Part shown: in pieces, positions 30,398-39,300 of the stretch
How positions within the stretch are numbered: the stretch's first letter is position 1
Layout of the letters: every line of letters begins with the position of its first letter
DNA from: an uncultured delta proteobacterium
Lineage (GTDB): Bacteria > Desulfobacterota > Binatia > UBA9968
Reading direction: 5' to 3'
Length of the DNA stretch: 64,000 nt
Assembly (NCBI GenBank): GCA_963840855.1
Contig: CAWJBB010000066.1
Coordinates: 1 to 64,000 of the forward strand
The notes under the pieces: model-generated
The model's input: the letters and a program-made list of their open reading frames with translations, nothing else
Databases searched by the model: none
What the model was told of the DNA's origin: nothing
Program-made: the position numbers and the translations under genes

Positions 30398-31321
30398 TCA
30401 CAGCCCCATCTCCGTCAACATGTGGGGCCGTTGAGTCCAGCCTTTGTCGACGCGGATAAAAAGCTCAAGAAAGATTTTACAGCCCAGCAAGGCTTCCAGC
30501 TCCACGCGCGTCTGCACGCCGATTTCCTTGAGCATGGAGCCTTGTTTGCCGATGAGAATCGGTTTATGAGAAGCGCGCTCCGTATGAATGGTCGCCTGAA
30601 TGACGATCAGATTCTTCTCTGCTTTTTCGGTAAATTCATCGATGGTCACGGCGACGCCATAGGGGATTTCCTCGCGCGTCAGGAGGAACACCTTTTCCCG
30701 GACAATCTCAGCCGCGAGAAAACGCTCGCTCTGGTCAGTCACCTCGTCGCCCGGAAAATAGCGCGGCCCTTCGGGCAGGTTTTTTTCGATCAGCTCCAGC
30801 AGCAGCGGCAGGTTGTCGCCTTTAAGGCCGCTCACCGGCAGGATTTCTTTCTCCGGCAAGAGTTCGGCGCAACGCTGCATCAGGGGCAGCAGCTTCCCTT
30901 TGGCCACCAGGTCAATTTTGTTGAGCAGAACAAAGACCGGTGTCCTCACGCCGCGAAGCAGCTCCGCGATGCGTTCATTCTGCGCTCCGATGCGCTCGCG
31001 AGCATCGAGGAGCCAGAGCACGCCGTCCACTTCATGGAGGGTTTGCAAAGCGACCTCGACCATGCGGCGATTCATCAGCGATTGGGCTTGATGAATGCCC
31101 GGCGTATCGAGGAAGACGACCTGCGCGCGGGCCGTGGTCTTGATGCCGGTAATCCGATTGCGCGTCGTTTGTGGTCTGGGCGAGACGATGGCCACCTTCT
31201 CGCCCAGCAAGCTATTTAGCAAAGTCGACTTGCCGACATTGGGCCGTCCAATAATGGCGATATAGCCCGAGCGAAAGGGAATTTCGTCCACGCTTTTAAT
31301 GTTTCCATTTTGGTTTGTCAT
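30398..31321 (-). CDS. era: GTPase Era
   Basis: GRPNVGKSTL, PQTTR, DTPG, NKID, EIPY and KH domain IGKQG. Confidence 0.96.
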   Translation of the reverse strand: MTNQNGNIKSVDEIPFRSGYIAIIGRPNVGKSTLLNSLLGEKVAIVSPRPQTTRNRITGIKTTARAQVVFLDTPGIHQAQSLMNRRMVEVALQTLHEVDGVLWLLDARERIGAQNERIAELLRGVRTPVFVLLNKIDLVAKGKLLPLMQRCAELLPEKEILPVSGLKGDNLPLLLELIEKNLPEGPRYFPGDEVTDQSERFLAAEIVREKVFLLTREEIPYGVAVTIDEFTEKAEKNLIVIQATIHTERASHKPILIGKQGSMLKEIGVQTRVELEALLGCKIFLELFIRVDKGWTQRPHMLTEMGL

Positions 31322-31348
31322 AACCTACAATCTGAGACCCGGGTTATT

Positions 31349-31981
31349 ATGTCACGGTCGCGTCCTGGTTCAAGTTTGCGCCGGCTCAACATCCCAGCCC
31401 TGCTGGGCGGCGCGCAGATTCGTTTCACGCCGCTAATGCAAAATCGGCTTACCCACCGGGCCGAAGCAATGATTGGGCGTTCTTTAAGCTATTTCCCCGA
31501 GTTACAAGGCAAAGCCATCACGGTGGGATTCAGCCGGGTTCATTTGGGTAGCGCGGTCATGAGCCGCAAACGTGACAGCGCGCCTCAGTTGGTGATTCGT
31601 TTGCGAGTTCGTAACCTCACCTATCAAACCATCGGCCACGAGCTCACCCACCTCGTTCAGGGTTTGTCGCTAGGCCACCAGCCCGCGTCCGCCGGCGAAC
31701 GCATTCCCTCCGGCGAGACGCAGTGCGACATCTGGACCCTGGCGCGCCATGAGCTGTTTTGCGACGACCCTCCCACATATATCAAATTACCGCCGCTAAT
31801 GCGGGAACTTTGGCCCAATTATGCCATAGCCGTGCGACGGCTGTGCGTCGCCGCCATCGACAAGCGCAGCGTCCTTCGGCCCTATATTCGCTGGTTGGAG
31901 TCCGAGATCGCCACCTTGGTGCGACCGTCACGGCAGGAAAAAAAGCCCCCGGCGCAGCTGACACTGCCATTTAGCGATTGA
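31349..31981 (+). CDS. Hypothetical protein with HExxH (zincin-like) motif
   Basis: TIGHELTHLVQG followed by GETQCD. Confidence 0.6.
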   Translation: MSRSRPGSSLRRLNIPALLGGAQIRFTPLMQNRLTHRAEAMIGRSLSYFPELQGKAITVGFSRVHLGSAVMSRKRDSAPQLVIRLRVRNLTYQTIGHELTHLVQGLSLGHQPASAGERIPSGETQCDIWTLARHELFCDDPPTYIKLPPLMRELWPNYAIAVRRLCVAAIDKRSVLRPYIRWLESEIATLVRPSRQEKKPPAQLTLPFSD

Positions 31982-32005
31982 CCGTTGCTCGTGCGTTCTT
32001 CGCGG

Positions 32006-32971
32006 TCAAATTCCGTTCTCGTCGTCATTTCGCTGGTATTTCAGTATCAGGTCAATCTCTTTAAGCTGATCGCTCGTCAGGTTCCAATCGGCGGCCTTGA
32101 CGTTGCTCGCCAATTGATCACGCGACTTGGCGCCGGTGATCACCGAGCATACCTGGGGCTGCGCCAGCAGCCACGCCTGGGCCAGTTCATTCACGCCACG
32201 GCCATGATCCTTCGCCCAAGCGGACAGTTCGACGACTTTCTGGTAGTTGGCATCAACCATGAGTTCCTGCACGACCCGCACCGATTCACCCCGCGATCCA
32301 GCCGGCGGCGGTCTTCCCGCCTCATATTTGCCGGTGAGGAATCCGCCGGCTAAAGGATAGTACGGCACGAAGCCGACCTTGTGCGCGCGGCAATAGGGCA
32401 ACACCTCGCGCTCGACGCCACGCTTCAGCATGTTGTATTCGGATTGCAGCACCACGAACGCCGTCCAGCCCCTCAGAACTGCAAGCGCATTCGCGTGCGC
32501 GAGCTGCCATGAAGCATAGAGGGAGGCACCGAGGTAACGGATCTTGCCCATGCGAATTAGATCGTCCAGCCCGCGTAGCGTTTCCTCAATCGGAGTCGTA
32601 TCGTCCCAGCGGTGGCAATAATATAAATCGATGTGATCGGTTTGCAGCCGGCTTAAGCTCTGCTCCACCGCTTGCATCATGTGATAGCGTGACGCGCCCC
32701 AGGAGTTGGCACTGGTCTTTCGCGGGAAGGAAAATTTGGTCGCCATGACCACTTTATCCATCTTGCCTTTGAACGCGTTGCCCAAAGTTTCTTCCGACCG
32801 GCCATTATTGTAAACATTGGCGGTGTCGACGAAATTAACGCCGGCATCGAGGGCCGCGTCGATGATCTTGTTAACTTCCGCCTGCGGCGCCTCCGGCGAG
32901 CCGAAGCGATTCGCGCCCAGGCCGATGACTGACACTCGGACACCGGAATTGCCCAGTTGGCGGTATTCCAT
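32006..32971 (-). CDS. Aldo/keto reductase
   Basis: DTANVY, ATKF, DHIDLY, QSEYN and PLAGGFLTGKY motifs. Confidence 0.92.
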   Translation of the reverse strand: MEYRQLGNSGVRVSVIGLGANRFGSPEAPQAEVNKIIDAALDAGVNFVDTANVYNNGRSEETLGNAFKGKMDKVVMATKFSFPRKTSANSWGASRYHMMQAVEQSLSRLQTDHIDLYYCHRWDDTTPIEETLRGLDDLIRMGKIRYLGASLYASWQLAHANALAVLRGWTAFVVLQSEYNMLKRGVEREVLPYCRAHKVGFVPYYPLAGGFLTGKYEAGRPPPAGSRGESVRVVQELMVDANYQKVVELSAWAKDHGRGVNELAQAWLLAQPQVCSVITGAKSRDQLASNVKAADWNLTSDQLKEIDLILKYQRNDDENGI

Positions 32972-33048
32972 GGAGCACTCCTTCTGTGAAATTACCAGGG
33001 GGTTCAAACGTAAGTAGTCATCTGACAACTAGGGAAAAGTGATGGGGA

Positions 33049-33154
33049 GCACACTGCATGTGCGGTTCGATGTTCAGCGTTCTAAGTTACGGATTGTACT
33101 TATGCGGTTCACAAAAGATCGGAATACGTTGAACCTTGAACCAGTAGGTCCGTT
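33049..33154. repeat. Diverged copy of the 19828-19953 composite element
   Basis: Shared GCACACTGC(G/A)TGTGC, TATGCGGT.CA.AAAAGATCGGAATACGTTGAAC and terminal GTAGG. Confidence 0.85.
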
Positions 33155-33199
33155 GCCCGCGTTTGTGTTTCTTAGTGTTCGATCGCCAGGCCGGACTAT

Positions 33200-33568
33200 T
33201 CATCTTTGGCGGCCAGCGCCGGCAACCGGCGCGGCTTGGCTCACGCGCGTAAACCGATCAGCGCGCTCCCGACCGCATTGCCAACATTCGGAAAACTGTC
33301 CTTCGATCTCCTCGCCGCAGCCGGCACAGATCCACGGCTTTTTCACCGGTTCCAACGGCGCCAGGGTTTTTTTGAGAATCGCTTTAGCTTCGGCCAACCG
33401 CCTATCGTCGATAATCCAAAGCTCCGGCCAGCATTCGACGGGCGGCAACTCTCCCGCCCCTGCAACCAGATCGAGCTTGCGGGTCACGCAGTCAATCTCG
33501 TGCAACCCCAAGACGTTGCGCAGATGGGCTATCATCAGTGGATCTTTGGCGCAATGAATTTTTCGCAT
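33200..33568 (-). CDS. DUF2007-type protein with C-terminal RanBP2-like zinc finger
   Basis: GELPPVECWPELW; W.CxxCGE..EGQF..CWxC. Confidence 0.8.
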   Translation of the reverse strand: MRKIHCAKDPLMIAHLRNVLGLHEIDCVTRKLDLVAGAGELPPVECWPELWIIDDRRLAEAKAILKKTLAPLEPVKKPWICAGCGEEIEGQFSECWQCGRERADRFTRVSQAAPVAGAGRQR

Positions 33569-33575
33569 GTTCCGC

Positions 33576-33920
33576 TTAGGCGCCGCGCCGCAGCGTGCTG
33601 TCGTTCAACTTCAGCCTTTCGCCCAACCACAACGAGCGCACCAGATGATCGCCGTAGCCGTCACCTGTAGAAGGATGCACGAGCACCGACAGCCCTTCTC
33701 GGTTGAGCATCAGCCACGGCACGACCGTTCCAAACTCCTCGGGCGCAAAAACCGCCTGGTACATGGCATCAAGATGCGGACCTACCGGTTCATCGTGCCA
33801 ACTGCCGAGCTGCACGTTGAAATTGGCTAGCCCGGCGCGCACTCGCGCCGCCGCCTCCCGGGTGTTTTTCGGATCGTAGTAGATATGGGCGTGAAAGCCT
33901 TTGATCGTTCTCTCGCTCAT
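33576..33920 (-). CDS. DOPA 4,5-dioxygenase family protein
   Basis: FHAHIYY, PVGPH, WLMLNR.GLSVLVHP and WLG motifs. Confidence 0.88.
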   Translation of the reverse strand: MSERTIKGFHAHIYYDPKNTREAAARVRAGLANFNVQLGSWHDEPVGPHLDAMYQAVFAPEEFGTVVPWLMLNREGLSVLVHPSTGDGYGDHLVRSLWLGERLKLNDSTLRRGA

Positions 33921-34090
33921 GGCGCACCCGTCCTCTCTAAGACTATATTTTGTCTTATCAAATAACGGACGCCTAAGCCAAATCGAAAATATGAAAACTT
34001 GGCGGCAACCGGCGATTGTAATTAAGCCGGTTGCGCTCGGACAGGACCGGGAGGCGAGGTCGGGTGGAGAAGGTACCGAAAGTACCGCCC

Positions 34091-34285
34091 TTAGGACAAC
34101 GCCTGGTCGGTTAGAATTTCATCAGGGAAGAGATACTCTTCCCCCGCCGTTCCGAAATTTACCAGGATCAATTGACGGCCCATGTTTTCCACGGCGCGCA
34201 CGAAGGTGCCTTCGCGCGGCAGCATGACACCGGTCTTCTGCGACCGGATGGGTTTAGTCGTTTTCAAAGAATCACCCGATTTCAT
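34091..34285 (-). CDS. Small hypothetical protein (64 aa, beta-rich)
   Basis: Strong RBS GGAGGT before ATG 34285; plausible composition. Confidence 0.65.
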   Translation of the reverse strand: MKSGDSLKTTKPIRSQKTGVMLPREGTFVRAVENMGRQLILVNFGTAGEEYLFPDEILTDQALS

Positions 34286-34416
34286 ATTGACCTCCTTGTC
34301 GAACGTTATCGGCGGTTTGTCGGCTTTACGATGTCGTCTTCTATGTTTAACTATCGGCATTGAACGCTATCTCCACAGTCTTTCATTTTCTTAGACGCTC
34401 AATGTTGATATTTTTA

Positions 34417-34433
34417 TGCAAATGAAAGACCAA
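34417..34433 (-). promoter_or_regulatory. Putative sigma54 (-24/-12) promoter
   Basis: Minus strand TTGGTCTTTCATTTGCA, i.e. GG-N10-GC. Confidence 0.5.
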
Positions 34434-34872
34434 GTTATTCTCTTTGGTGCCCCCACAAACCCTGCATGGCGTGCATCATCGAATTGAGCAAGACCGCGAA
34501 AATTAAGAGTTTCTTTCTTTGATGGGACTTCCAAAAGACTGTTCGTTTTAGCGATCGAACATACCGGCTGGTTACAATACTAATTGCCGTTGACAAAAAA
34601 TTGCCGCTGCCCAAAAAACAGGCGGCAGACTATTGCCTTGCCGCCAATTGTGATCGATTCGCGTATCACGTTGAATTCTCTGAAGATAACAGCTGGTGTC
34701 ATGGCGAAAAAATTGGCAGGCCAGCACACCTGGCAGGTGCTGAATTTCGTTGTCGGATGCGGCAAAATTGTCACCGCCCGAAACTTTCACGCCGCCATCA
34801 AGACCGCCGGAGAAGCGAAATGGGTCGTTATTCGAGAGTTGGGCAATCGAGCCCTGAAACCATAATCGTCGT

Positions 34873-35154
34873 ATCAGGTGAGGTTCCTCACGCCGCTACT
34901 CCTGCCAATGGCGCCGGAGAGCTTCGTAACATCAACTTGTATGTCCCAATAATGGTGTGTTTGACAGGCTCGTCGCCGTTCTTTCCTGCCGTGGAGCCCA
35001 TGAAATCGCTAATGCCAAGAGGCGCCGGCCAGGGGAGGACCCAAGCCGCAAGCAGCGTTGAAGACAAACCAAAGGTGGTTGGTAATAAAGAGGCTGGAAT
35101 CAGGCATCCGCGCGGGCTCAACTGCCGTATCCGTCAGTCGCGTGAAACTTTTTT
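34873..35154 (+). ncRNA. Candidate structured non-coding RNA (family not recognised)
   Basis: Long-range complementary segments, upstream TTGGGC-16-CATAAT, 3' T6 run; strand uncertain. Confidence 0.3.
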
Positions 35155-35261
35155 GGCAAGAATCGTTCGACCGCTTTCGATAAGAACTATGTAACACCGT
35201 AAAGCCAATTTTGCAATGAAATTATTTAGACCGGCGCCGCCAACATCCACCCGGGCGCCGA

Positions 35262-36272
35262 TCACTTTCCCCCATACACCTTCTCGAAAAAACCTTCGGT
35301 GTCGAGTTTTTTTAGCCAGCTCGTGTCAACAATTTCCTCGACCTTGATCCCGGCGGCTTTGGGGTTTTGTTCGGCGACGTATTTGATGACGATGCGCATG
35401 CCATCGAGTGAGGGATAAGGTTTGCGGTCCAGTTCTTCGAGCGCTTCTAGATAGAAATCTTCCGCCGCTTCGACTTTGGGCAGTCGGAGATTGCGCGCGA
35501 TGATTTCTTTCACGGCCTGCTTGTTGTCTTTGAGAAAAATAAACCCGTACGCTTCGATCATCGCACGGTTCAGACCGTCGATGGATTTAGGATTGGCGGC
35601 GCCATAGTCCCGCTTCATCGCCAAGCCGGTATTCTGATAATTGGTTTTTGCTTGCAGCATATTTAACAGCGGAAAATACCCTTTAGATGTCATTATTTTC
35701 GTCGCCACTCGCTGCAGCATGCCCGCGTCGATGGCTTTGTTTTCCAACGCCGCCATCCGGTCCGGATCGACGCCCGTCTGGATCAGCGTGATCTTGTCGC
35801 GCTTCAAATCCAGACCCAAGTGTTCGAGGGCGATTAACGCTGAGATATGCGACGAGCCGCCAAAGCGCGCCGTACCGATTTTTTTACCTTTGAGGTCCTC
35901 GGCCCTGCGAATGTTGGGTTGCGTCACAACGCTAAAGGGAGAGGTGTTACTGAGGCCGAGAAAGAACGAAATTTTTTCGCCGGTGGCAACCAAGTTCACC
36001 AGCGAAGCCGGGGCGTTGGCGGTGATTTGCAGCTCTCCGGCCGCGAACATTTGCGCGACCAGGGAACCGCTGTTGACCAAAATGAGCTGAACATCGAGAC
36101 CGTGCTTTTCGAAAAATCTCTTGTCCTTCGCCACCCACAGCGGAGCCATATGCGGCGTCGGCGTCGAGAGCGCAACGCGCACCTGCTGAAGTTTTTGCGC
36201 GCGGGAAGTTTGCGCCGGGATAAGCGACGAGAAAAGTGAAGCCGCGATCGCGATTCTGAACATGGTCTTCAA
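35262..36272 (-). CDS. Orphan ABC substrate-binding protein, NMT1/SsuA-like
   Basis: Signal peptide; PLWVAKDKRFFEKHGLDV and DLKGKKIG motifs. Confidence 0.85.
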   Translation of the reverse strand: MKTMFRIAIAASLFSSLIPAQTSRAQKLQQVRVALSTPTPHMAPLWVAKDKRFFEKHGLDVQLILVNSGSLVAQMFAAGELQITANAPASLVNLVATGEKISFFLGLSNTSPFSVVTQPNIRRAEDLKGKKIGTARFGGSSHISALIALEHLGLDLKRDKITLIQTGVDPDRMAALENKAIDAGMLQRVATKIMTSKGYFPLLNMLQAKTNYQNTGLAMKRDYGAANPKSIDGLNRAMIEAYGFIFLKDNKQAVKEIIARNLRLPKVEAAEDFYLEALEELDRKPYPSLDGMRIVIKYVAEQNPKAAGIKVEEIVDTSWLKKLDTEGFFEKVYGGK

Positions 36273-36341
36273 GCTGGATACCTCCGTTATGAACTAAGAT
36301 TAAAACGACCGCCGTGTGGGACGACGTATTCTAGCCTAGAT

Positions 36342-39300
36342 TTAATGCTGAGCAAGAGTCATTCGCGCTTGCCGCGGCCAGCTTCTCATCACTAGATCAG
36401 CAAGAAACAAAATCAGTCCGGCGCCTGCCAACGGCCACCAGGTTTCGTGGCCGCGGGAGGCTCTTCCCGGCGACGGCGTGTAGAGCCGTCTAAGCCCCGC
36501 CGAAAAATTTTCCGGATCGAGCATCTCGCCGCCGGTCTCCTCGGCGAGACGGCTGAGCAACGCGAGATTGGGCCGCAACTCGCGGTATTCTTTCGGATAG
36601 GGCGCGACGTATGGGATAGTCACCACGGATGACGGCGCTTCCCCCGCGTTACCTTCGGCAAAAAGTGTCACAAAATGAATCCCTCGCTCGGCTGGTGTGA
36701 ACTTTCCTTCGTAACGACCCGGCGCGCTTTGCAGCAAGGTGTTTTTTTGCGTGCTTCGGTTCGGCGCCGTGACGTTGCCGTAAAGCTTTAGATGGTTCAT
36801 GAATTGGCCGTCTTTGGAGATAAAATCCGCGACGACTCTTACCGCGTCGCCATCAGCATGAAACTCCGCGCGCATGCGCGTTTCAACAATTTTCCGCATG
36901 GTGTCGCGCGCCAGTTGGCCGGCCCATTGGGGCAAACCCTGCCACGCCACCCATTCCTTGCCCCAGCGCCCGCTCAAGTCCGAAGTAAAAGCCATGACCC
37001 GCCCTAGTCCGTGCCGCCAAGAAACCAGCAACGGATCTTCGCCCGCTTTCATGAGCAGTTCAGAGCGTTGTTTGGGATAGGTCAGGACATAGCCGCGCAG
37101 GCGCGGCAACGACCCTTGAGCGATTCCACGAAGCGGCCCCGCCGGCGCTGTCACGCGCGGCGCAAAGGTTTTTTCGATCAATAGATCACGTGAGATCAAC
37201 AGCGTCTCGGTGGTGAAAATCTGCGGGATCGTTTGCGGATCAAGGGCAACATAGCCGCGACCTTTGCCCTCGCGCGCGATCTCCGCCATCAATTTCACAT
37301 CGGCGTCGTTGCCCACCGAAACCGTCGACACCGTGACGCCGGCGCGCCCCAACTGTTGGACCAATGATTGAAAATCCGCTTTGTCGGTGAGACCGTCGGA
37401 TAGCACGATGACATGTTTGATCGCCGCCTCCTTGCCGATGATGGCCCGTCGCGCTTCAACCATTGCCTTGTACATATCCGTGCCGCCGTCAGATTGCAGT
37501 GCCGCGAGCTTGTCGTTGATCCACTCGCCTTTACCGACGGGGCGAAAGGGCAGCGTCCAGTCCCACGCCGCGTCAAAAGCAAGGATGCCGATCTGGTCGG
37601 TGGGATTCATGATATCCGCCGCCGCGATAGCCGCGGCTTTCGCCAAGTCCAGCTTCGTGCCTCCCTCCGGGCCGGCGCCCATGCTGCCCGACTTGTCGAG
37701 CACGAAAAGCAACGCCACGTGGGGCAAATCGAGGCGCGCCGGCGGGCGCATCTCCACCGGTAGGATGCGTTCCAACGGCGTCCGGAAATAACCTCCGGCG
37801 CCGTAACTCTGAGAGCCGCCGACGACCAGTAGGCCGCCGCCCAAATCCCGGACGTAGGTCTCGATGTTTTCCATTTTTGCGTGGGTCAAGTGAAAGGCGG
37901 GCACGTTGTCGAGAATCACAAGATCGTAGGATGACAGCTCGGGAAGCGCCAGCGCGCTCGCCTCCGGCGCGGATTCCGTCACGGTGAAACCCTGCACGCG
38001 CAGTACGCGCGCGAGAAAACGCTGGCTGTCCGGTTGAGACGAAAGCAACAGAACTCTCGGCGGCCCCTTCACTTCGACCACGCCTTGCAACAGATTATTC
38101 TCCGCGAGGGTATCATCCTTCGCCTCGACCAGCAGCTCGTAGCTATGGCTGCCGCGCTCGCCTAGACTATCGCGGAAACCGATCTCGTTGACTCCGGCTT
38201 TAAGTTGCAACTCGCGCTCGCCGGCCAGAACTCCGTCGCGCAATAGTTTGACGCGGGCGGGCGCATCGCGCAGGCTTTCGATTTTACCAGACACTTCGAA
38301 CGCCTCGGCGCTGTCTACTTGGCGGGGCAGAACCAGGTCGCTGAGAAAAACTTCGTTGCGCCCGCGGGCCAGGCTCACGGGCAGAGTCCAAACTTGCGTC
38401 CCCTGCGAACGCAAGAGCGGAATGATGCGGGAGCTGTCGCCGCGATTTTCATTGCCGTCGGACAGCAAAAGCAACTTTCCCTGGCGCCCTTCGCCGATCT
38501 GGGCCAGGCCCGCTTGGAGGGCCGCCTGCACATCGGTTGCTTCGCGGTCCAGGCGCGCGGCAAAATCCGCCGCGGGAAAGTCGCGGCGCGGTGGAAATTC
38601 CCACTCCGGCGCGCGCCCGAATGTAAGCAGTCCGGTGCGCGTGTCGGCATCCGTTAAACGAGCCGCTACCTCCTCCAAAAGCTCGCGGGCTTTTTCCCTC
38701 CCTTCTTGTCCCACGCTGCGAGATACATCTACGCTCAATATGACGTCGAGGGCTTCAGCGGCTTGGAAAATTTTCGGATTCACGCAGGCCAGAATAAGGG
38801 CGGCAACCGCGCCGACGCGGAGCACCAGCGGCGAGAGCGAAAGCCTCATCCGGAAAGCCAAGATCAATTCCACGGCCAACAACAGGAGCACGGCGGCGAG
38901 CAGGAAAGGCCAAAGTGAGAAACCCGCTTCCGTAACGCCGCCGTCTCGCCCGGCGGGCGGCGCGGCCGGCGCCGTAGCGCCCACCCGGGCGCCAATGTTG
39001 GATTCCTCTTCGTCAAAAAGATTGACCGCAAAGCGACCTTCGCGGCTAGCGCTTTTGTATGTGTAAACGCCCACTTCCAGGGTATCGCCGAATACTACGG
39101 GATTCCTAATCACTGCCAATCGCTCTTTCCGTCCCGACGGCGCGGTGATCTCAAGCTCCCCGTCACCCGGCGGAACAAAGATCGGGACCGGACCGCCGGC
39201 GCGCACGCCGTCGGCGGGAAACTCACGGCGCCCCGGCTGAAACCATTCGAAGACGTTGTGGAACAGGACCGGAAAAGCCACGCGGAATGGCAGGTCGGAA

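Noticed and set aside
34883-35065. 6S RNA assignment
   Set aside because: The length fits, but the central bubble pattern and the zapA/ygfA context are not evident
34572-35197. Several ORFs of 62-197 aa in the large gap
   Set aside because: Overlapping, with no RBS and atypical composition; the region is better explained as regulatory or RNA
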